Positions 1 through 7,562 of a stretch of 64,000 nt of DNA are shown one piece after another. Both the position numbers and the translations under genes were made by a program. Origin of the DNA: an uncultured bacterium (GTDB taxonomy: Bacteria > CSSED10-310 > CALFER01); contig CALFER010000079.1 of the NCBI GenBank assembly GCA_937951895.1, positions 4,050 to 68,049 on the forward strand, in the 5' to 3' direction. The notes beneath the pieces are model-generated. The model did not search any database, was not told the origin of the DNA, and saw only the letters and a list, made by a program, of their open reading frames with translations. Position 1 is the stretch's first letter. The number at the start of each line of letters is the position of its first letter.

Positions 1-653
1 TGAACAACGATCACGCCCTGTCGATCACGGAAGCGGTTCCCAGCAGGCAGTATCTGAACATGCCGGTATTATGGAACAACATCATCTACAAACCGACTCA
101 GGGGACGGAATGCGCGGTCTATCTGACGGACGTCGATCGATGTCGCATGCGATCCGGAAACACACTATATGACTGCGATGAGAAGTGGTTGTCGGAAACG
201 GACGGGAGTCTGCAGTCGATCGGAGACATTCCGGATGATGATCCCGCGTTTGCGTCCGTGTCGCAGGGCAACTACAAACTGAGTAGCGTGTCGCCGTGCA
301 TCAATGCGGGGATCACGACACTGGATCCCGGAATCGTGTCGGAAGGGGAGTACTCGGATTATCATCTGCTCGATGCGGGATATCATTTTTCGAATGTATC
401 GAATGCGATGGGAGCGATCACGAATCTGACGTCGAATGGACTGCAGTTGAACTGGAGCGCTCCAACAGGATACATCGTACATGGATATCTGATCATCTGG
501 GAAGACGCATCGGGCTTCATTTACGGGAGCGATCGAACGGCGTTCACGTCCTGTTCGATCTCGGGAGATCTGACCGGGTTGGGCTTATGGTTCGGTGTGT
601 CGGCGTTCTCTTCCAGCGGGCAGTTCGGACAACCCGTGTTCATCCAAATGTGA
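1..653 (+). CDS. 5'-truncated secreted protein: end of a parallel beta-helix region, SPCINAG...DAGYH motif, C-terminal Fn3-like module
   Basis: Frame is open from position 3 (NNDHALSITEAV...) through the ATG at 60, so the gene starts before the window. Same C-terminal layout as the next gene. Confidence 0.7.
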   Translation, partial: NNDHALSITEAVPSRQYLNMPVLWNNIIYKPTQGTECAVYLTDVDRCRMRSGNTLYDCDEKWLSETDGSLQSIGDIPDDDPAFASVSQGNYKLSSVSPCINAGITTLDPGIVSEGEYSDYHLLDAGYHFSNVSNAMGAITNLTSNGLQLNWSAPTGYIVHGYLIIWEDASGFIYGSDRTAFTSCSISGDLTGLGLWFGVSAFSSSGQFGQPVFIQM

Positions 654-666
654 AAGGAAACAAACG

Positions 667-2625
667 ATGAGAAATGCAATCATTTTCTCCACGCTGGTTG
701 CTATTACGTGCAACGCGATAGCGATAAATATACATGTGTGTCAAGAATGTTTGGAGACTCCGCAGTATAAGACGATCAATGCGGCATTGGCTGCGGCGAA
801 TTCTGGCGATACACTGAAAGTGCATTGGGAAGGCGAGGAATACTCAACTTACTCAGAACATGTTGTGATCCAAAAAAACGTCACACTGACATCTGATTGG
901 ACGCCTTCATCCGATCCGGATGAGCGTCCGATGGTCTGCTACGAGTTGACGGTCGGTAATGAAGAGGAGATCATCCGTGTCGACGTATCGGATGTGACGA
1001 TCAGCAATCTTCGGATTCAAAGCAGTATTGGTTTGACTCCATCAACAGGCGATGAGCTGAACATGACATGCGATGCAGGAATCTATATGAAGAGCGGGAA
1101 CGGTACGATTTCGAATTGCCGGATCACACGATGCCGTGTCGGCATTCTGCTTGAAAGCACCATCGCTCCGTATCTCAACAACGTGATCGATTCATGTGAG
1201 ATTGGAGTCGTGACGACGGATCGCTGGCGCGCTCCGGATCAATCGTTCGTGCACGATGGCAACTTTTTTGGAATCGTACAGATCGACCCGGTGCGAACGG
1301 CAGCGACCTATCCCGTTGGTGTGTATCAACCGGACCGGATCACGAACTGCACGATCGCACGGAATCGATTCTATGGGATCGTGCTTCGGGGCGGGACGAT
1401 GGCGCATGTGGAAAACAACCGGATCGTGTGGAATGGAACGGATGCAACCATCGAGAATTCAAATCATTATGGCGACGGCGGGATACTGTGTCTGTTTACA
1501 AGCGCCGAGATGGCCCAAACGGACGTCGAGGTGCAGTCTCCGATGATTCTGTCCAATACGATCTACGGCAACGACGGCTACCAGGTCTGCGTCATCACAG
1601 ATGATCCGGGTCGGGAACCGCGATCGATTGCCAATGCACCGGTACTCATGAGCAACATCATCGGACCGGACACGATGAACTATCCGACGGGTACCCCGTC
1701 TTCGGCACCGAACTGGCTGGTCAGTTGCACGAGCGAGTCCACGAACGCAGCCTCGACACCTCAGCATGGATCGGCGCCGATCATGGCCTTCAACAATCTG
1801 TATCGTCCCGGAGCGACAGGGCCCGACACGACGTATTTCGCTCACCCCGGAAACCCGACACCGACACGGACACCGACATCGGGTACACCAACATCGCCGC
1901 CGAGTCCGACGGCGACACCCTCTCCGACGGGCACGTTGTATACCCCCTCTTATTCATGGACGCCGACCCCGGGGCCCGGTACGCCGGGTCATGGCACGCG
2001 AACCCCGGCCCCAGCCTATACCGCCAGACCGACCTTCACGCCCACTCCAACCGGCACGCCGCCAACCCCGACGGCCGGGCCGTATCGGATTGACGCGGCG
2101 ACCTGGAGCATCCACAACACCTTCGGCGACCCGAAGTTTGTCGGCGGCGATACGATCGAAGACTTCGACTTTCATCTGAAGGATCCGGTCTTTCAGATGA
2201 CACCGACTCCGAACGATTCCCGATCGGTTGCCTATGATTCCGGAGGATTCCGGCTCAATCCGGGACACACCCAGAGCAATGCGTCACCGGATATCGGGCA
2301 AGTGGACATCGGTGCGCATTATCCGTCCATAGTACCTGCAGTAACGGATCTGTCCTGTCGATATGAGAGTGGCACCTGGGCAGTCCAATGGACGAATCCC
2401 GATCGATATCCGGATAACGCGTTGTATTCGGATTTTGCGGGTATTGCATTTTACTTTGGTCAATCCCCGCCTCGGTCCGTCACGATACTCAGTCAACTCT
2501 ACCTGGATCCATGCTCGGAATATGTTTTTACCTCCCATCCATCGGGAGCCAACCGATTTGGAGTGGCGACGTACAACGCAAGCGGCAGTCTATCGGCAAT
2601 CGTCTGGCAGGAACTCTGCAACTGA
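667..2625 (+). CDS. Secreted right-handed parallel beta-helix (pectin-lyase-like/NosD-type) protein with Pro/Thr linker and C-terminal Fn3-like module
   Basis: ATG 667 follows a purine-rich GAAAGGAAA stretch; signal peptide MRNAIIFSTLVAITCNAIA; TINAALAAANSGDT start, repeated I.NC.I..N..G turns, TPTP linker, DIGAHY motif. Confidence 0.75.
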   Translation: MRNAIIFSTLVAITCNAIAINIHVCQECLETPQYKTINAALAAANSGDTLKVHWEGEEYSTYSEHVVIQKNVTLTSDWTPSSDPDERPMVCYELTVGNEEEIIRVDVSDVTISNLRIQSSIGLTPSTGDELNMTCDAGIYMKSGNGTISNCRITRCRVGILLESTIAPYLNNVIDSCEIGVVTTDRWRAPDQSFVHDGNFFGIVQIDPVRTAATYPVGVYQPDRITNCTIARNRFYGIVLRGGTMAHVENNRIVWNGTDATIENSNHYGDGGILCLFTSAEMAQTDVEVQSPMILSNTIYGNDGYQVCVITDDPGREPRSIANAPVLMSNIIGPDTMNYPTGTPSSAPNWLVSCTSESTNAASTPQHGSAPIMAFNNLYRPGATGPDTTYFAHPGNPTPTRTPTSGTPTSPPSPTATPSPTGTLYTPSYSWTPTPGPGTPGHGTRTPAPAYTARPTFTPTPTGTPPTPTAGPYRIDAATWSIHNTFGDPKFVGGDTIEDFDFHLKDPVFQMTPTPNDSRSVAYDSGGFRLNPGHTQSNASPDIGQVDIGAHYPSIVPAVTDLSCRYESGTWAVQWTNPDRYPDNALYSDFAGIAFYFGQSPPRSVTILSQLYLDPCSEYVFTSHPSGANRFGVATYNASGSLSAIVWQELCN

Positions 2626-2629
2626 AGGT

Positions 2630-2694
2630 ATAGCGGCAGGCCTCCGTGCCTGCCGGCAAGGAAGCGGGTCTGTACTCTAGTACGGCCTCCGTGC
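2630..2694 (+). repeat. REP-like element, left copy; inverted relative to 3225-3289
   Basis: ATAG followed by the 8-bp stem CGGCAGGC-ctccgt-GCCTGCCG; 59/65 nt identical to the reverse complement of 3225-3289 (manual alignment). Confidence 0.85.
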
Positions 2695-2834
2695 GTGGAA
2701 CAGCGCGTGCACACTCCGAGTCGGTGCCAACTCATCCCGTTCGGGGTGACCGGGAGGTCCGAACCGGGATCGAAGAGCAGGAACGAATCGGAGCGTTGTG
2801 AGGACCGACCAGTCGAAGCCCGGGACGGTATAAA

Positions 2835-2870
2835 CCCGTTCGATCCTTCGACAGGCTCAGGATGAACGGG
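2835..2870. repeat. Hairpin repeat of the CCTTCGACAGGCTCAGG-type intergenic class
   Basis: cccgttc-g-atcct-tcgacaggctc-aggat-gaacggg forms an interrupted stem; it resembles a widespread intergenic palindrome (from recall). Confidence 0.55.
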
Positions 2871-3040
2871 TATCGGATGAACGGTTCAACCGTATCCTCC
2901 CCGCGAAAACGGAACCCACGTCCGGACATACGAGTTGTCATCCCCGCGAAAACGCAACTACCAGTATGGGCGATCCTTGTGATCGCCCCACCTACGAGTT
3001 GTCATTCCCATACTTCGACCCGTCGAACACAGCAGCCGCC

Positions 3041-3098
3041 GGCGTCCCTGCCGGCGGGCCGTGCGAATTATAACCTCCTGGCGTCCCTGCCGGCGGGC
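3041..3098. repeat. Two direct copies of GGCGTCCCTGCCGGCGGGC (3041-3059, 3080-3098)
   Basis: Exact 19-nt copies 39 nt apart; the first lies in the hairpin ccgccggc-gtccct-gccggcgg. Confidence 0.8.
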
Positions 3099-3125
3099 AA
3101 TGCGTATTAGAACCTGCTATGTATG

Positions 3126-3289
3126 TGCCGGCGGGCACGGAGGCCGTATCAGAGCACAAACCCGTTTCTTTGCCGGCGGGCACGGAGGCCGTATCAGAGT
3201 ACAGACCCGTTTCTTTGCCGGCGGGCACGGAGGCCGTATCAGAGTACAGACCCGTTTCTTTGCCGGCGGGCACGGAGGCCCGCCGCTAT
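3126..3289 (-). repeat. Tandem array of a 45-bp unit (3 full copies plus a partial one) ending in a complete REP-like hairpin
   Basis: Unit TGCCGGCGGGCACGGAGGCCGTATCAGAGTACAGACCCGTTTCTT starts at 3126, 3171, 3216 and (partially) 3261; no unique spacers. Confidence 0.9.
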
Positions 3290-3613
3290 CTAATCTCCCG
3301 TCCAGCCGTAGACGTTCAGATTGATCCGGCCATTTGCATCAAACCGGATCCCCTCCCCTTCGAGACGCTCACGCTGCTCGTCGGCTCCGAGCTGCAGACT
3401 GATCTCGCCCCGGCGGTTCACGATCCGATACCAGGGAACATCCAGTCCTTCCGGAAGTGCCGCAAGCGCATACCCGATCATCCGGGCCGAACAGCCCCCC
3501 ACCCGTTCCGCGATCTGCCCGTAACTCGCCACCCGCCCCCTCGGAACTTCACGGACAGCCCGATATATCCGCGCATACAGCCCCTCGGATTCCGGCACGT
3601 TCCCCTGTTTCAT
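3290..3613 (-). CDS. atl: Alkyltransferase-like (ATL/MGMT family) DNA-binding protein
   Basis: VPRGRVASYGQIA...ARMIGYAL...VPWYRIVN: Trp replaces the Cys of the MGMT PCHR motif. ATG 3613 overlaps the upstream stop (ATGA). Confidence 0.85.
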   Translation of the reverse strand: MKQGNVPESEGLYARIYRAVREVPRGRVASYGQIAERVGGCSARMIGYALAALPEGLDVPWYRIVNRRGEISLQLGADEQRERLEGEGIRFDANGRINLNVYGWTGD

Positions 3614-5202
3614 GATACTTTTCCGAAACGTCTGGATATCAGGATCGCGAGCGATATGAAAGCGAGTAGTACGACCAATCCCGTGGGTGACGTCGCAGGC
3701 ACGTCGAGCGATGGCGTTGGCGTCGGTGTCGGCCCCATGAAACAACCGCTCAGTTCGAGATCAAAGCTGAGATCCGAACTGGTGGGGTCGTTCTGATGCA
3801 CCTCAACGGCAATCACATTGTCGCCGTCCACGAGCAACCCCATCGGAAGATCCCGATCGAACCACATCGCCTCGAATTCATCTCCGACAGAGATACATCC
3901 CGGAGTTGTCGGATCGATGAGCGTGGCAGGCATGTTCGACCGGAAGACCTCCGTTCCATTGATAGACACAACCGCCCCATCGTCGCGGATCAGCGCAAGC
4001 GTCAATCCGGTAAACAGGGACGCGTCCTCGATCGTGAAGTGATGCCGGAACCAGGTTGTCATATATTTGTTTCCCGGATCCGGACCGTATCCGATCACTG
4101 TCGATTCATCGCCGTCTCCGTAGCCGAGTTGAGCGGGTCCGGATAGCCACGAAGAGTCGTCAAACGTGGGATTTGTCCAGGATGTGCCGGGATCGACGCC
4201 CGTGTCGAGGTACTTCCAGGCAGCGCCTGATTCACACAGAGGAACGGATGCGCACGGAGGTGTCGGGGTCGGGACAGGGCCTCCGGCGAGATACCCCGAG
4301 TCGGCCATGCCGTACGGACCGCCGTGACCGTCATCCCGATAGGTTTCATACGTCACCATCGGACCGTTCACGTGGATCATGACGAATGTGCTGCGAGCGA
4401 CCGAATCGCCCAGCCCCCGCGAGTGTCCCGCGTCGATCTGCCAGATCCCGTACAACTGCTCTGCACTGTAGCAATGCGTGTGGCCGGTGAGATATGCCAC
4501 GACATTGTATTCCTGGAGCAACGCCCAGAACCGGTCGCGATTCTCGATATGGTCCCACTGATCCAGACTGTCTCCGGAGTGGCGGAGTGCGCCGCAATCC
4601 TGATCCCTTTGCACATAGGCCGGCTCATGACCGATCACGAAGATCAGTTCCCGGGTCGTCGCCGCGAGATCCGCCGCGAGCCAGTCGTAGAGCGCATCCG
4701 TGACGTCTCCATCCGTGCCGGTATCGCTGACCCCGTCGTAATATTCGTTGATCACCGCAAAATGGACATTCTCATGGTCGAAACTGTAACAGGTCTCGAC
4801 GGCATTCACCGGTCCCGGATTGACGATCCCGGGAAGCGCTGTCCCGCCGGGGTTGTATAGTCTGAGCCAATCCATGTCCTCGGGTGTTTCGGATTCGTGA
4901 TTGCCGACAACGGGATACCACGGATAGAGCGATCCGATGTATTGTTCGATGGTCCACTTCACGTTCACCGGGGGATCGATGTCGCCGGGACTGATCATGA
5001 ATGCGCCTGCGCCGAGAGCGCTGATCGCTTCGCACGCACCGCGGTAAAACTGGGTCGTATCGTACGTATCGGGTCCCGCATAATTCCTCATGTCAGCCGT
5101 CACGGCAAAACTGAACGGTGCTCGTGCTGCAGAAACGCCTGAACCTGCCATACACAACAGCGCAACCCCAATCACTCCAAATCCGAATTTTCCCGATTTC
5201 AT
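3610..5202 (-). CDS. Secreted calcineurin-like metallophosphoesterase with a beta-sandwich domain and IPTL-CTERM-like tail
   Basis: Signal peptide; motifs ADMR, GDID, VGNHE, GH, GHTH; WKYLDTG domain; ends VPATSPTGLVVLLAFISLAILISRR. Confidence 0.8.
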   Translation of the reverse strand: MKSGKFGFGVIGVALLCMAGSGVSAARAPFSFAVTADMRNYAGPDTYDTTQFYRGACEAISALGAGAFMISPGDIDPPVNVKWTIEQYIGSLYPWYPVVGNHESETPEDMDWLRLYNPGGTALPGIVNPGPVNAVETCYSFDHENVHFAVINEYYDGVSDTGTDGDVTDALYDWLAADLAATTRELIFVIGHEPAYVQRDQDCGALRHSGDSLDQWDHIENRDRFWALLQEYNVVAYLTGHTHCYSAEQLYGIWQIDAGHSRGLGDSVARSTFVMIHVNGPMVTYETYRDDGHGGPYGMADSGYLAGGPVPTPTPPCASVPLCESGAAWKYLDTGVDPGTSWTNPTFDDSSWLSGPAQLGYGDGDESTVIGYGPDPGNKYMTTWFRHHFTIEDASLFTGLTLALIRDDGAVVSINGTEVFRSNMPATLIDPTTPGCISVGDEFEAMWFDRDLPMGLLVDGDNVIAVEVHQNDPTSSDLSFDLELSGCFMGPTPTPTPSLDVPATSPTGLVVLLAFISLAILISRRFGKVS

Positions 5203-5390
5203 GTTCCTGCTTCCTCCTCCCTTGAGTCTGAACTTTCATTATAATCAATTCGGGGGTTCGATACGAACAACTCCCGGGGTTAAACGTAAATCCGGCAGCC
5301 GCCGACCTGCACGGAAATCGTCCTCGGAGACATCCTTTGTTCCAGAGGGCGGGGATGAAACGATTTTTCTCTGCCGCCGGGGAGGTCATC

Positions 5391-7562
5391 ATGAGAAATC
5401 CTTTCTTTCTGTCTGTTGTCTTCATTCTGACGGTTTGCCTGTGCAACTCCCGGTCAGAGTGGACCTGGCTCAACCCGCTGCCCCAGGGGAACGACATCCG
5501 GACCATTCACGGATTCAATGATCATCTCGTCGCGGCAGGAGGTTGCGGGTCCGTGATCGAATGGAACGGGTCGACATGGAGTCACCGGGATCTGCCCGGC
5601 AACCATGCAATCCGGTCGCTGTGGTGCGCGAGTGCCACTGAGTGGTGGGCGGCGACGGAAAAGGCGTCCGTATGGCGGTTCGACGGCAGCACGTGGACTC
5701 AGGTCGTGTTCCCGTATCCGGAAGCCGACATCAACTCGATCTGGGCAGCAGGGGACGGAAGCGTTTGGATGGGCGGTCGACTTCCTTCCGGTTGGCCGGG
5801 GTCACCCGGTATCGCGTTTCATTTCTCGGGGTCTGACTGGACAGTCCACTCGATCGACAACACATACACCATCCATCAAATATGGGGACTGGATACCTCG
5901 CACGTCTATGCCGCGGGTGAAGAGGGCGTGATCAGCATGTTTGACGGACATTCATGGGTCTCGATGCCGACAGGGACCAATCTCTGGCTGCACGGTATCT
6001 GGGGACAATCCCCCATCGATCTGTACACCGCCGGGTTCAATGACGATGGCGAAGCTGGCATTCTGCACTGGGACGGTGTTGCATGGAACGCTGTGCTCGA
6101 GGAAACTTTCAGCTCACTCCAGTTCATTTCCGTCTCCGGTATTCCCGGGACCGGCATGGCTGCCATTTCCCGAAACACAGTCTACACGTACAACGGTTCG
6201 ACTCTCGACACGGTCACGCTGATGAGTAACTTAAACACGATTTGGGGATCCCCCGACGGTTTCGTCACAGGAGGCCCCGACGGGTTTCTCGCATCCGATT
6301 TTTCCGACGAATGGATCGACCTGTCATCCCGTGTCTGTAGTTGGGTCGGGTCGATCGTGACGGGCGACAGCGCCGACATGCTGTTCGGAAGCCTGAACGG
6401 GACGCTCATCCATTGGAACGGAACGAATCTCACATCGATCGATACCGGCATGAATCGCGACATTCTGGACATGTGGGGGACATCGACGACGAATGCCTGG
6501 CTTTTGACGGATATCGGGCGACCAGCCATATACACATGGGACGGAGATCAGGCAGTCCGAAGCTATCAGGGTGATCCACAGGAAGACCTGACCTGCCTGA
6601 CGGGGAATGCATCCGGAGCTGTTTTTGCAGGCGGCGCTTTATACGGCGGACCGGATCCGATCGCTGCTCTGCATCGATGGAATGGCTCGGAATGGAGCAC
6701 GATCGATGCCGCATCCTTCTCGATGATTCTCGATATCTGCAGTCCCGCCCCGGACCAATTGTTTGTGATCGCCCGCTCCAGTGACTCGAACTGCTATCTC
6801 GCTCACTGGTCGGGTGGATCCTGGTCAAGTTGGTTGCTCGAAGATGTCGATCATGCTTATTCGATATGGGGATCCTCCGTGTCCGATGTTTTTATCGGAA
6901 CCGACCATTCCGGGATTTATCATTTCGATGGAACCGCTGTAACAGCCATGCATCCGGGTACGATGGACGATGTGTCATTCAGAATGTTGTCGGGATTCGG
7001 ACCGGATGCCGTGTTCGCTTCGGGTGAAACTCAAACCGGAACCGCCGTGTTGCTCTTCTGGGACGGCACACGATGGTCGGAATGCTCGGGACCCACGGAA
7101 AAACGGATCCTTTCGGTCGGAGGATCGTATCCGGATCATGTTTTTCTGGCGGGGGAATCCGGTGTGATCCTGACTGGATCAAATTCTGTCCCCCCCTATG
7201 ATCACGGCGCCTATCTCGAACTCAACGCGACATTCTTCCGTCCGAACGATCCGTTCACCTGCGCCGTCCGGGCGGTCAACGGCGGCTCGGAACGCACCCT
7301 GGATGCCATCTTGTATGTGGTTCTGGATATCGGCACGGGAGACTATTATTTCTGGCCATCCTGGGCGCACTACCCGCCTTCGATCGACAGCAATCTACTC
7401 AATCTGGCTCCCGGTGAGACCGACCACTTCATTCTCTTCGATTTCATCTGGCCCGAAACCGGAGCGTCCATGAGCAATCTCCGATTCTGGACCATCATGA
7501 CTTCACAGGAGGGGAACCCGATCGGCGACATCGATTGGGTCGAATGGGGATTCGGATTATGA
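5391..7562 (+). CDS. Secreted beta-propeller repeat protein (WTWLNPLPQGN start, W.G..W repeats) with the recurrent C-terminal domain
   Basis: GGAGGT RBS before ATG 5391; signal peptide; repeated IWG....YAAG..G units; C-terminal YYFWPSW...FIWP...LRFW...EWGFG. Confidence 0.75.
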   Translation: MRNPFFLSVVFILTVCLCNSRSEWTWLNPLPQGNDIRTIHGFNDHLVAAGGCGSVIEWNGSTWSHRDLPGNHAIRSLWCASATEWWAATEKASVWRFDGSTWTQVVFPYPEADINSIWAAGDGSVWMGGRLPSGWPGSPGIAFHFSGSDWTVHSIDNTYTIHQIWGLDTSHVYAAGEEGVISMFDGHSWVSMPTGTNLWLHGIWGQSPIDLYTAGFNDDGEAGILHWDGVAWNAVLEETFSSLQFISVSGIPGTGMAAISRNTVYTYNGSTLDTVTLMSNLNTIWGSPDGFVTGGPDGFLASDFSDEWIDLSSRVCSWVGSIVTGDSADMLFGSLNGTLIHWNGTNLTSIDTGMNRDILDMWGTSTTNAWLLTDIGRPAIYTWDGDQAVRSYQGDPQEDLTCLTGNASGAVFAGGALYGGPDPIAALHRWNGSEWSTIDAASFSMILDICSPAPDQLFVIARSSDSNCYLAHWSGGSWSSWLLEDVDHAYSIWGSSVSDVFIGTDHSGIYHFDGTAVTAMHPGTMDDVSFRMLSGFGPDAVFASGETQTGTAVLLFWDGTRWSECSGPTEKRILSVGGSYPDHVFLAGESGVILTGSNSVPPYDHGAYLELNATFFRPNDPFTCAVRAVNGGSERTLDAILYVVLDIGTGDYYFWPSWAHYPPSIDSNLLNLAPGETDHFILFDFIWPETGASMSNLRFWTIMTSQEGNPIGDIDWVEWGFGL

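Noticed and set aside
3126-3280. CRISPR array
   Set aside because: Units are contiguous near-identical 45-mers with no unique spacers, and there are no cas genes in the window.
2992-3796. ORFs 3119..3796 (+), 2992..3273 (-) and 3061..3324 (+) as real repeat proteins
   Set aside because: They are translations of the 45-bp DNA repeat and run antisense into atl; no RBS or recognisable domain.
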